Assembly (NCBI GenBank): GCA_965218095.1
Contig: OZ244587.1
Location: forward strand, 4,672,001 to 4,736,000
DNA from: Candidatus Poribacteria bacterium
GTDB lineage: Bacteria > Poribacteria > WGA-4E > PCPOR2b
Direction: 5' to 3'
DNA length: 64,000 nt
The notes under the pieces were generated by a model. It did no database searches. It saw only the letters and a list, made by a program, of their open reading frames with translations, and was not told the origin of the DNA. The translations under genes were made by a program, and so were the position numbers. This document shows positions 38,736 through 48,681 of the stretch, one piece after another (positions within the stretch are counted from its first letter, which is position 1; every line of letters starts with the position of its first letter).

Positions 38736-40574
38736 TTACCAGTAAAATGTTTCATCAGACACAAAGCGACTTGCTTTCTTCCAATGCGTCACAGCGTCAC
38801 GATACTCCGACCGCTGATACAACGGGTCTATCTGCCCTGGTGGCTCAATGGCTACCACTTCGTTTCCTTTGCGCACGATGTTGTAGGCATGTTTCTGAAT
38901 GTGTATCTTTTCCGCCCGCTCCGCGATGGGGAAGGTGAGCGTCACCAGGTCGCCAGATTCAGTTCGGCCAACCTGCGCGTAGCGGCCCTCCCAACCTAAC
39001 ACTTGCTCTTTGCCATTGACTGCACACGCTGTTTCCTCTGGGGAGACCCACTCTGGAATACGTATCTCCAAGCTCACACCCTGTTTCACCTTCACATCAA
39101 CCCGTCCTTCATAGGGTATATGACTGTCCACGTCAGCCCAGGGTGAAGGGCGGTTCATCAGCAGGTTCACCGATAACTTGCCATCCTTGTGCGTAAGCAT
39201 ATGTTCCCAAATATAGTAGAGCGCCCGAGTACCTTGAAATGTACAGCACACCATAACCACGCTATGCCGTCCCCCAAACCCGTCGTTAGGATTAGGCCAA
39301 CCCCGGAACATCCCAACCACACGCTCGGTGACGTGGTCGGCGTTCTCAATGACCACATCCATCGGACGGTGTGCCTGGCGCTGCCACCCGGCATCTGGAC
39401 CCAGCCATGCCTGCCTGTTGGCCCAATCAAGAGGCCGGATAATCTGATTCTCAGCAAACTGATTCCTGATCCAACGATCCACGTCATCCCAATGGTCACC
39501 TTCTCCAATCGCCGTGAGCCGCAGCCCCATGCTGATGAGATCAGCCAATCCGCAGGTCTCACACGTCTGAAAGTTCTCTCGCCACAACAACTCTGGGAAG
39601 AAACCCAGAATTGTGTTCCCGGAGTTGCGTGCAAAGTCGAATCCATCTTTGACAAAATCAATCATATCCCGATTGTCCCCGCTAGCGGCCAGTGCGTAAT
39701 CGAGTATTTCAAACAAGCAGTGGACATGGGCGTAGAAATGGGCTTCCGGGAGTGGCTGGCGCTGACAATCTAGAAACTCCCCGTGGGGGCCGAAAAAGTT
39801 TGCGTGATCCTTGATCCCTCTCGCCAGTTTGCCCGCTAACTTGAGAGCAGGCTCATAACCGGTCTCTCGGAAAAAGTGCGTCAACCCATAGACTACCCAA
39901 CCACCATGAGAGACTCGATGAGGGATCGGCATGGTTGGATCCTTCGAGGGAATAAAACTCTGGGAAAAATACGCGTAGTCACCCTTGTCTACGACGTTAG
40001 CGGCCAAACCGTGGACAATCTTTTCTCCGGTCTTCTTCCAAAGGGCGTCGCCGGTGAGATGATAGTAAACCGCTAACGCTGCGAGGGCCCATCCATTCAG
40101 AATCACATCTGCATAGTCGCTGGTGGCTTCTCCGTGGGTAAGCCCTCCTTTAAAGGCCAGCCATGGCCGGCCGTCAATCTTGGTCCACAACAATCCGTCC
40201 GGCCCTTGCATGTGCAGGAGCACCTTCGCCCAATGTTCTTCGATGTGTTCATTCAGACCACTTCCACTGATTAGGCGTGCCAACGGCAGGGCAGCATGAA
40301 ACCCGACCTGGTTATGGATATCATTCGGGCGGTGCGTCATGAACGGCGGGTTGGAACCTATGGTGACCCACCAATAGAGATCATAATCCTTTTCTGGATC
40401 GGTAATGCCCGTCAAGCCATGCACCGCCAGATCTGCCCGCTCCTGTATGTCAAAGGTCGCTGGAACCAGTGTTTGATAGCACTGTCCGGGGTACGATGGT
40501 AGATCAAAAGATGGAATGCTGTCACGCATATATGTGAAATGCATTTTGCTGTGCTCCTTTCTCTGGTGGCTCAT
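38736..40574 (-). CDS. GH127/146-like protein, paralog of 29384-31270
   Basis: FFPE...CETC, VCC, IRIPEW. Confidence 0.7.
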   Translation of the reverse strand: MSHQRKEHSKMHFTYMRDSIPSFDLPSYPGQCYQTLVPATFDIQERADLAVHGLTGITDPEKDYDLYWWVTIGSNPPFMTHRPNDIHNQVGFHAALPLARLISGSGLNEHIEEHWAKVLLHMQGPDGLLWTKIDGRPWLAFKGGLTHGEATSDYADVILNGWALAALAVYYHLTGDALWKKTGEKIVHGLAANVVDKGDYAYFSQSFIPSKDPTMPIPHRVSHGGWVVYGLTHFFRETGYEPALKLAGKLARGIKDHANFFGPHGEFLDCQRQPLPEAHFYAHVHCLFEILDYALAASGDNRDMIDFVKDGFDFARNSGNTILGFFPELLWRENFQTCETCGLADLISMGLRLTAIGEGDHWDDVDRWIRNQFAENQIIRPLDWANRQAWLGPDAGWQRQAHRPMDVVIENADHVTERVVGMFRGWPNPNDGFGGRHSVVMVCCTFQGTRALYYIWEHMLTHKDGKLSVNLLMNRPSPWADVDSHIPYEGRVDVKVKQGVSLEIRIPEWVSPEETACAVNGKEQVLGWEGRYAQVGRTESGDLVTLTFPIAERAEKIHIQKHAYNIVRKGNEVVAIEPPGQIDPLYQRSEYRDAVTHWKKASRFVSDETFYW

Positions 40575-40605
40575 AATGTTGGTGATTCACATACTTAACT
40601 TCTTA

Positions 40606-41793
40606 TCACAGGCGGAAGAAACTCCCGGCGATGTGGCGTGTCCCACCGAAATTGTTGCCGTCGTCTTGCATGAAGTAGTAGGCGGTGAAGATCCGCCCAT
40701 CGTCCAGTTGCGTGGCGACCGGATAACCCAAATCCCCACCGCTGCCATCATCGCGGAGGGTGACCTCCGCTGACCAGGTTGCCCCATCGTCTTCACTGAC
40801 GAGCACCCCGATCCCGGACGGTGGCTTGCGGCGTGCGAATACTACCACGATCCGGCCATCACGCAGTCGAATCGGCCAGGGTGAGCGGTAATGCACCCCG
40901 CCACGCACTGCGTCTGGTTTACGGCGGGCGGCCCAGGGCGATTGTCCCCAGGCCACAATTGGCTTTGGCTCGCTCCAATTATAGCCACCATCGTCGGAGT
41001 ACGCCATTTGAATCGCGTTACGGATGCCACCGATGTTGAGCATGTAGCACTGCAACCGCCCACTAGGCAGCAGAAGCAAGCCAGCGTAAGTCGGCCGCCC
41101 CAGACCTGTGGGGTCGTGTGCTACTTCGGCCAGATACTCCCAAGTGAGGCCGTTGTCATCGGTGCCGTACACCGCCGTGGCATTTCTGCCCCCGGCCTCA
41201 CTGCTACCAATGTGTGCCACTGCCATCTGCGTGCCGTCAAGGAACTTCGCCAGCGAGCATCCATCCACATGCACATATTTAAGCGCTGGTGGTGGGGATA
41301 CCCGCGTCGGGACGGTCTCCCACGTCTGGCCGCGGTCGGCGGAGCGGAAGGCGAAGCATTCCAGAGTTGGTTGCCCGTTGGTGTCCTCCCGGCCCGTCAG
41401 CGGGCGGGCGAAGTAGATCGCCGCGTCCGGGCTGGCGAGGTCGATCTGTTCGCGGGTCACACCCGGCTCGTCAGCCCGCCACAAGATGGCGCGCTTCTCT
41501 TCCAAAGGGCGCGAGTCATCCCAGATCGCCACGTCATTTCCGCGGGGCCAGGTCTCGCCGTGGTCGCGCGATCGCTGGAGCAGGATCTGGGCCCGGCCTT
41601 TGTAGCCGGTTTGACCATGCTGGATGCTCTCCCGGGTCTGATAGGTGGCAGGTGCATGGTGGTGAATCACGACAATTTCGCCGTTGCCGTAGTTGTAGAT
41701 TGGGCACTGTCGGGGATGCCCGCAGTAGGTGTCCTTGCTGTAGCAGAGCTTGATATGATGCACATCTGTAAGCTCTGGCGTGATACGGTTCAT
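40606..41793 (-). CDS. Sialidase-like propeller, MNRITPELTD family copy 1
   Basis: Asp-boxes, CGHPRQ, YRSPWP, DLGYP. Confidence 0.88.
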   Translation of the reverse strand: MNRITPELTDVHHIKLCYSKDTYCGHPRQCPIYNYGNGEIVVIHHHAPATYQTRESIQHGQTGYKGRAQILLQRSRDHGETWPRGNDVAIWDDSRPLEEKRAILWRADEPGVTREQIDLASPDAAIYFARPLTGREDTNGQPTLECFAFRSADRGQTWETVPTRVSPPPALKYVHVDGCSLAKFLDGTQMAVAHIGSSEAGGRNATAVYGTDDNGLTWEYLAEVAHDPTGLGRPTYAGLLLLPSGRLQCYMLNIGGIRNAIQMAYSDDGGYNWSEPKPIVAWGQSPWAARRKPDAVRGGVHYRSPWPIRLRDGRIVVVFARRKPPSGIGVLVSEDDGATWSAEVTLRDDGSGGDLGYPVATQLDDGRIFTAYYFMQDDGNNFGGTRHIAGSFFRL

Positions 41794-41881
41794 CGTGGCT
41801 CCTCTCATCCTCTAGTCTCTACCTGGCGGTGGAGTCTGGTGAAATTGGCATAATTGGTGCACGTTGCTTCTTCATTCAATC

Positions 41882-41919
41882 GAAGTCAGGCTATTGGCAT
41901 CGATAGCCCCCTGAACTTC
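41882..41919 (-). terminator. Stem-loop downstream of the TPR gene
   Basis: GAAGTCAGGGCTAT / ATAGCCCCCTGAACTTC; weak U tract. Confidence 0.35.
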
Positions 41920-41930
41920 AGGATTGGCTT

Positions 41931-43871
41931 TCAGCGCTTCATGTGAGACTTAACTGCTTTGAGACGATGCTCAATGTGATGACTCCGGTTGGTCTTGAGA
42001 AATTCCTCCCATAACGCCACCGCCTCATCTTCAAACCCTTGCGAGAGATAGTATTCACCTAGCGCAAGAGGCGCAGCATAAGAGTGCGGATCTTTTTCCA
42101 TTGACGCTTTGAAGGCGATAACCGCGGCATCCGCGTCTCCTTTGAGGGTAGCAAGTTGCCCACGCCCGTACGGTATCAGCGGATGATCAGGATATTCGGC
42201 GGCGAGTGTCTCGACAATCTCTTGCGCTTGATCCTCCATTCCGTCTCTGTAGGCCGCCATCGCCGCATGCACGGTCGCGTAGACGATCTGGTTATTGAGA
42301 ATACGTTTTTTAAATCGGCTCGTGGTATCCCTTTTTCCCCATTGGGCGATGCGTGCGGCTGTCTCGTATTTTGATTTTGCCCGGGGGTAGTTGCCATACT
42401 TATAACAGATATCTCCCAACGCTTTTTCGCTGGCGTAATTTTTTTCAACGACGAAGGTATCGCCTTGCGCATCGACAAGATTTTGGAAGATTTCGCCTCT
42501 CGCTCCATCGTCTAGTCGATAGTAAAGTACTTCAGCAAGACTTTGGAGGGCATCGGTGTAGTCGGTTTTAACGGCAATGGCACGTTCAAAATATTCACGC
42601 TCTTTTTCCACATCCTTCATCTTCTTGTAAACCAATCCGATTTTCCAGTAGAGCTCTGCGTCTTTGCTTGGATTCAATCCCAGTACAGAGTTGTACGTCG
42701 CAATTGCTTTTTTGTAATCACCATCGCTATATTGAGTTGTAGCTGTTGTAATGACAGACTCAAGTATCTGTCTGTCTTTGCTGATGGCTTTTTTTAACTC
42801 CTCACGCGCACGCTGATGCAGCCCGAGCTTGCGATAGCAAATCGATAGCCGCAGATAGTGATACGGGTCTATCTGTGCTTTATCCTGTTTTGCGAGCTCA
42901 AACCCCCGGTAGTACAACGCCCCTGCATTACGGTAGTTCTCGCTCTGGAAGTTAAAGTTGGCGATCATTAGCACGGCATCGTAGTAAGTTCCCTGGTGAT
43001 CTATCTGAATGCGCCCAAAAGCTTTCATTACCTCTTCAGCGCTTATGCCGAAACCGGAGTCCGCGGCTGAATAGTCAACCATGACGGGATTAAGCTCAAC
43101 TCCACCCCGCGGGCGATCACGTTCGCGGCGCTTTCTCCGCTGCTCCATTAGGCGATCATATTGTGTTGCCAACGGATCATCCGGTTTAGGGATACTTGCC
43201 CCCATCAGTCGGAGTTCCTGTTTTGCGTCTTCAATCGCCTCTTCAGTCCCTTCGACTTTGCCATACCGCTTGACGAGAGATTGGTAGATTCGCTTCGCTT
43301 CTTTTTCATCTTTTAGATATGTTCTCTGAATTCTGGCTTTATTGGTGAGGGCTTGCACAGCGCGCTTGCCGTCTGGATGACGGTTTGCGACATTGTCGTA
43401 GATTTCTGTCGCTTTCTCATAGTGTCTGTCGCTCTCGTAGCTCTTTGCCAGCATCAGTTGCGCGTTATGACTGAGCTCAAGCTGCGAAAATTGATTAACA
43501 ATGGTGTCAAAGGATCGTTGCGCCGACTCATAATCCTCTGTTTTGAAATAATAGATTCCCAAACGCCAGTGGGCTTCTGCGGCTTCCTCACTGTCAGATG
43601 CAGCAGCGATAAGGTCTTGATAAACTTTCATCCCTGCTTCCGGTTGATTCATTTTATCAATATATAGCTTACCGACGGCTAATTGCGCTTTGCGAGCGTC
43701 CGGCGTTCCTGGCTTTGAATCGATTAACGCCTGGCACACATCAACTGCGCTTTGATAGTCCTTCTCTTGGATAAGTTTTTCCGCCTGTTTTTGTGGACTC
43801 ATTGGAAGACAGGCGTATTGTGTAATCATCACAGTGACAAAAAAGAAAATGCCAAACCTGATGGGTTTCAT
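41931..43871 (-). CDS. Tetratricopeptide-repeat protein, probable lipoprotein
   Basis: Many TPR-like repeats; signal peptide ending in Cys. Confidence 0.88.
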   Translation of the reverse strand: MKPIRFGIFFFVTVMITQYACLPMSPQKQAEKLIQEKDYQSAVDVCQALIDSKPGTPDARKAQLAVGKLYIDKMNQPEAGMKVYQDLIAAASDSEEAAEAHWRLGIYYFKTEDYESAQRSFDTIVNQFSQLELSHNAQLMLAKSYESDRHYEKATEIYDNVANRHPDGKRAVQALTNKARIQRTYLKDEKEAKRIYQSLVKRYGKVEGTEEAIEDAKQELRLMGASIPKPDDPLATQYDRLMEQRRKRRERDRPRGGVELNPVMVDYSAADSGFGISAEEVMKAFGRIQIDHQGTYYDAVLMIANFNFQSENYRNAGALYYRGFELAKQDKAQIDPYHYLRLSICYRKLGLHQRAREELKKAISKDRQILESVITTATTQYSDGDYKKAIATYNSVLGLNPSKDAELYWKIGLVYKKMKDVEKEREYFERAIAVKTDYTDALQSLAEVLYYRLDDGARGEIFQNLVDAQGDTFVVEKNYASEKALGDICYKYGNYPRAKSKYETAARIAQWGKRDTTSRFKKRILNNQIVYATVHAAMAAYRDGMEDQAQEIVETLAAEYPDHPLIPYGRGQLATLKGDADAAVIAFKASMEKDPHSYAAPLALGEYYLSQGFEDEAVALWEEFLKTNRSHHIEHRLKAVKSHMKR

Positions 43872-43974
43872 GATTTGTCCCCCTTCATGTATGAAAGGTA
43901 AAACGCGAAACGTGATGCGTGAAACGTAATATGGCCTTATGCTAGTTTTTTAGGATGTAGATGTCACATGGCTT

Positions 43975-44079
43975 GTAGTAGCGCACTTGCCCCGCTATGC
44001 GGGATTCAAAGCAACTTGCATCCCGATCCATCGGGGTCATTGGGCGTTTCCCGTGATGTGCGATGAATCGCACCACTAC
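43975..44079. repeat. GTAG REP-like inverted pair
   Basis: GTAGTAGCGCAC... and GTGCGATGAATCGCACCACTAC. Confidence 0.55.
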
Positions 44080-44181
44080 GAACGAAACTAATTAATGAAT
44101 ATGAACCAAAAGCAATCTGTATTTGGGCCAGTACCTGTAACCCGTTAGCAACACATAGCAACCGTGAATGATGACCAACCG

Positions 44182-45135
44182 TCAATGAGTTGGCTCGCCA
44201 ATGCCGAGCATCTGGCGTGCTTCCTCGGGGGTGGCAATCCGACGCCCCAGATCATTAGCGATGCGGACGATTCGCTCGACAAACTGAACGTTACTCTGCG
44301 CAGGCACGTCACGCTGGTAGAGCAAGCTATCTTCCATGCCGGTGCGGACGTGGCCGCCCAGAAGGAGAGACAGCACATTAACGTGAATCTCCTCCAGGCC
44401 CAGGGCGCACGTCTGAAAGATGCAATCTTCGGGTAGGTTCCTGATCATGAAGAGGACACTATCGGGGCTGGTGGGGATGCCGCTCTGTTGCCCGAAAACA
44501 AGCTGCACAAAATAGGGTTTGTCCAGCGCATCGCGCGCAATGAGGTGTTCCAGAATATCGAGGTGGCCTGGATGGTAAATAAACACCTGTGGCTTGATGC
44601 CGCGCTCTCGCACCAAGTTCGCAGCATGCTCGGTGTCATCGAATGTGGTCGCGTAGACCATACTCGGTGTTCCGGGTCCACCGGTGTAGGCAGCGCCACC
44701 GCGAAAGGTCATCGGCCCAGGATTGAGGGCCATGATATCCGGTGCGGCTTCGATAGGCGCCGATTTATAATAGTGGACGGATCCGATCAATGCCCCAGGC
44801 TGAGTGGAAAGTTCCGCGACCGTCTGCGAATTGTCTATCAGAATCTCAGGTGCCTTCATCCGCATCATGGCATTGATCTCGCGGTAGCGCGCTGGATCAT
44901 TGGAGGCTTTAGTTGGATCTTCGGCCTGACGGGCGTGGATGTGAATAACTCGCGCCCCAGCCGCGTAGATGGTAGCTGCCTCCTCGGCCTGCTCTTCGGC
45001 AGTCACCGGCACGTTCGGGTTTTCACGTTTTTGGTGTCCGCCCGTCACGGCAACGCTAATGAGCACGGGGGGCATGCCCTCATGGATGCGTTTGACGTAT
45101 TGCCGTGCGTTGGTGTAGTCCCATGTAATGTCCAT
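44182..45135 (-). CDS. Beta-keto acid cleavage enzyme (BKACE/DUF849)
   Basis: AVTG, PVTAEE, IHIHAR, GGHVRTGMED. Confidence 0.95.
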   Translation of the reverse strand: MDITWDYTNARQYVKRIHEGMPPVLISVAVTGGHQKRENPNVPVTAEEQAEEAATIYAAGARVIHIHARQAEDPTKASNDPARYREINAMMRMKAPEILIDNSQTVAELSTQPGALIGSVHYYKSAPIEAAPDIMALNPGPMTFRGGAAYTGGPGTPSMVYATTFDDTEHAANLVRERGIKPQVFIYHPGHLDILEHLIARDALDKPYFVQLVFGQQSGIPTSPDSVLFMIRNLPEDCIFQTCALGLEEIHVNVLSLLLGGHVRTGMEDSLLYQRDVPAQSNVQFVERIVRIANDLGRRIATPEEARQMLGIGEPTH

Positions 45136-45222
45136 TGTCTGTCATCTCCTTGCTCGCTCGAATATCAGTTAAAGCGTAAAACGTGAGGAGATCGGTCACG
45201 TTTTACGTTTCACAACTTGTAG

Positions 45223-45329
45223 TAGTCCACTGTGAAATAAGTCTTGGCAAATGGGTTTCAAACCCTTGTAGAATCGGCGTTTTATGCCCGATGGCTTCTT
45301 GTTGTCAGAATTTATTTCACGCAGCAGTA
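45223..45329. mobile_element. Putative MITE with TA-bounded TIRs and an internal REP
   Basis: TAGTCCACTGTGAAATAAGTCTTGGCAA / TTGTCAGAATTTATTTCACGCAGCAGTA. Confidence 0.5.
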
Positions 45330-45350
45330 ATTTAGATCCTTATGCAGGAA

Positions 45351-46442
45351 TTAGGGGTTGGGGACGATCACGCCCTTTATGAACCCGTCCAGTTGGATCT
45401 CACCCCCAGCCGCTCGCACTGCCTTGTCTGCTTCTTCCAATGAGAAGTAATGCGTGACCATCTTCTCGATGGGATAGCAGCGGGACTCGACGAGCTTGAT
45501 CGCGGCCCGCACTGCTGGGGTATCGTGGGTGTTTACACCTTGGTAGCGAATCTCTTTAACGGTGAGCTTGCTCGTAACTAACGAGACTGACGCCGCACCG
45601 GTGTTGGACCCGATCACCACCGTACCCATAGGGCGTACCAATTCCAGCGATAGGGGAGCGGATGCGGTGGCGCCAGTAAGGTCCACGACCACGTCCGCTA
45701 GCACTCCATCGGTCAGTTCGTGGACTTTCTGGACTGGATCCTCCTCCTGTAGGTCAATGGTATGAGTCGCACCAAACAGTCTTGCCACCTGGAAGCGGTG
45801 CTCGTCCTGGGTAAGCCCAATGGCAATGACCTGGGCCGCTCCCGCCTCCCGGGCAGCCAAGACAGCAGCAAGGCCCTGGCCTCCCGGCCCCATGATGACC
45901 ACGCTGTCCCCCACGGTCACCCCACCCTTCGTGCGCACCCAACGGATACCATTTCCGATGTTGGCGCAGGTCATGGTCGCCGCTTCAGCCGGAACGTCCT
46001 CGGCGATGCGATGCACGCGGGAGTTGGGAGCGAGGTACATGTGCTGGCTATACGCGCCCCAGATGTAAGGTGGCACGCTAGCTTGGATGGGGCCGCCGTA
46101 ACCGAGGTGTTCGTGGCAGAAACGATACTCGCCGATCAAGCACATGCGGCAGTGGCCACATCCAAAGAGATGCTCGACGATTACCCGATCCCCTTTTTTG
46201 ACGCCCCACCTCGCTGTCGCCCGGCTCCCGATCTCATCAATGTGGCCCAGTATTTCGTGCCCCATGATGAGCGGGAATTTGTCAGGCTCAGTCCATTGGT
46301 AGATACGGGGATCACTCCCACATACCCCGCACATCTCCACCTTGAGCAGGCCATCATCCTCGCCGACGACCGGCAGGTCAAAGGCGTGAATCTTCATCTT
46401 CTGTGTGGCTATGGCCACCGCCGAATAGGTCTTACCAGACAT
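45351..46442 (-). CDS. Zn-dependent alcohol dehydrogenase (MDR)
   Basis: CGSD, GHE, CGHCRMC...C, GPGGQG. Confidence 0.95.
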   Translation of the reverse strand: MSGKTYSAVAIATQKMKIHAFDLPVVGEDDGLLKVEMCGVCGSDPRIYQWTEPDKFPLIMGHEILGHIDEIGSRATARWGVKKGDRVIVEHLFGCGHCRMCLIGEYRFCHEHLGYGGPIQASVPPYIWGAYSQHMYLAPNSRVHRIAEDVPAEAATMTCANIGNGIRWVRTKGGVTVGDSVVIMGPGGQGLAAVLAAREAGAAQVIAIGLTQDEHRFQVARLFGATHTIDLQEEDPVQKVHELTDGVLADVVVDLTGATASAPLSLELVRPMGTVVIGSNTGAASVSLVTSKLTVKEIRYQGVNTHDTPAVRAAIKLVESRCYPIEKMVTHYFSLEEADKAVRAAGGEIQLDGFIKGVIVPNP

Positions 46443-46607
46443 AGAGCACCTTTCATAGCTCTGGAAGCCATCCCAAGACATATCAGTCGACATATTATGC
46501 CCCAAAATCCTACTTCCTACAACTCCCCCCAAATTTGGGGGGAGTGAGGGGGCGGGAGCCGGAGGGGCGCACCAGCAGCGGATCTGCCGATGAGATCTTT
46601 TAATCTA

Positions 46608-47518
46608 ACCCAAGTTGCTAGTAATTGAAAATCCATGGGTTTTCCGTTAAAGTAGAGGTAATCCAAACCATAATACCTCAAAGGAGAAACCCATGGACAT
46701 CCAAATTGCAACCATTTTCTATCTCTGTGACAAGCTCTTAGAAGCACTCAACTCAAAACCACACCCACAAACGCAGATGTCTGATGCCGAAGTGATGACC
46801 ACCGGCATCGTCGCTGCGTTGTTCTTCGGGGCAAACTTGCAAACCACTTGTGACTTTCTAAAGACTCATGGCTATATACCCAAGATGCTTTCAAAAAGTC
46901 GATTAAACCGATGTTCACCACATTGTTCAAAATCTTGGGACGAAGCTATGTGCAACTTAATCAACAGAAAATCTATGCACTGGATACCATACCAATTGCT
47001 GTTTGTTCCGCATTCGTCGGTCAAAAATCTATACCGATAAGGCATATCGAGGCTATCAAGCGTCCAAACGTCGGTATTTCTATGGCTTGAAAGTTCATCT
47101 GCTAGTGACTGCGAGTCGACACCCTGTTGAATTTTTTGTGACCCCAGCCAGTACAGGGGACGTTGAAGGGTTACAGTGGTTTGACTTCGACTTGCCACCG
47201 GGCTATGGTGACAAAGCATACAATAATTATGAGATAGAAGATATTGTTACATCAGTCGTTAAAGCCAGTACGCAAGAAGAATTCCAAGCGGCTGTATCCA
47301 CCATGGGAGACCTACTTGGCTAATTACCATCGTAAGTCTGTTGAGACGGCTGGCAGTTTGATTAACAAACTGCTTCCACGTTCAATCCATGCAGTAACGC
47401 AACACGGATTTGAATTGAAAGTGGTCTTGTTTGTATTGGCTAGCAGTATCAATCAGCTCTGAGTTCACTCACATATTCAGTTCACTCACATATTCGATGA
47501 ATAGGTCGCAACTTGGGT
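46608..47518 (+). mobile_element. IS982-family element with frameshifted transposase (46693-47462)
   Basis: TIR ACCCAAGTTGC; TSD TTAATCTA; SDAEV, GYQASKRRYFYGLKVH, GDKAY and RKSVET split over three ORFs. Confidence 0.93.
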
Positions 47519-47566
47519 TTAATCTAACAAAGTTAAATTACTCGTTGCCCGTTATACCCAACGCCG

Positions 47567-48397
47567 CTAGGTGACGACCGGAAACCCACTGCCAACGAGG
47601 GGTTCGCCATCATTGACCTCAACGATCGGGACAAGGCAATGTTCTGGTGCTTGGGCCTTATAGAAACGAACTCCCTGGGCCATGTAGATTATCACAAAAG
47701 CTCGACGTTGTCGATCCGTTGTGTTCTGTGGGGTTGCATGGAAGTCCAGACAATGGTGAAACATGCATTCACCAGTCTTCAGTTCAACGGGCACTCCAAA
47801 GCTTGCGTGACGTTCCTCCATTTTAACCCGCTCGGTCTTGAGGGTCGGATCTTTCGCTGACGCCTCTAACTCTTTCCTTTTCGCCTCGGGAGAGAAGCGA
47901 GGGTCTCGGTGGCTGCCTGGAATCACGTGCATACAGCCGTTCTCCACAGTGGCGTCATCCAGAGCGATCCAGCAACTGAGGATGCTCGGTTCGGAGAGTG
48001 GCCAGCCGTAGAAATCTTGGTGATACCTGAAATGGGCGTTATCCCCTGGTGGTTTGGAAATGATATGATCATGCCACAGACGAACTTCCGGCGTCTTCAA
48101 AAGCGTCTTTGCGATTCCAGTGATCAGCGGGTGACGCACCATTTTTTCGTAGTCCTTATCTCGCTTCCACACGTTGACATACTGAGTAAGGGTCCGGGGT
48201 TCATCTCGGGCTTCTTTGACTTTACGGCGGTGCCCTATGCTGAACTCAACGGATAAATCATCACCCCCTTCCAATTCAACACGAACGATCCGATCCAACG
48301 CTTCAATAAGCGCTTCGACTTCGCTTGGCTCTAAAACCTTTCCATATTTGAGACAACCATTCTCATCGAAAAATCGAATCTGTTCTTCGGTAACCAT
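47567..48397 (-). CDS. PhyH-family dioxygenase
   Basis: YHQD, WIALDDATVENGCM, FHAT. Confidence 0.93.
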   Translation of the reverse strand: MVTEEQIRFFDENGCLKYGKVLEPSEVEALIEALDRIVRVELEGGDDLSVEFSIGHRRKVKEARDEPRTLTQYVNVWKRDKDYEKMVRHPLITGIAKTLLKTPEVRLWHDHIISKPPGDNAHFRYHQDFYGWPLSEPSILSCWIALDDATVENGCMHVIPGSHRDPRFSPEAKRKELEASAKDPTLKTERVKMEERHASFGVPVELKTGECMFHHCLDFHATPQNTTDRQRRAFVIIYMAQGVRFYKAQAPEHCLVPIVEVNDGEPLVGSGFPVVT

Positions 48398-48479
48398 TTT
48401 TATCCTCCTTCACATCTCAATTAAAACAGTCAGGATGGGAGACCCTCCCGACAGAAGGTCAGGCATCCGAGAAAATAAT

Positions 48480-48655
48480 TAAGTGCCAGGACAAAATTAA
48501 ATCGCTAATCGAAATCATACCCGCCTGTGAGCGTTCAACCGTGCAACCTGAGAAGTGATGAGTGACAAGCGATAACTGTTCGTCACTCATCACTCGTCAT
48601 CAAGATGCCGACGCCATTGGTATGAAATGTTGAAATAATTCTGTCCAACTACTTA
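48480..48655. mobile_element. Putative MITE with ISAzo13-like ends and an internal heptamer hairpin
   Basis: TAAGTGCCAGGACAAAATTA / TAATTCTGTCCAACTACTTA (15 of 20); family assignment from memory. Confidence 0.5.
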
Positions 48656-48681
48656 GCACAAACCATCAATTTGGTAACTTC

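Noticed and set aside
40891-41853. Long plus-strand ORFs (also 14720-15559, 44488-45186, 45762-46547, 50656-51534)
   Set aside because: Antisense shadows of well-supported genes, with no motifs
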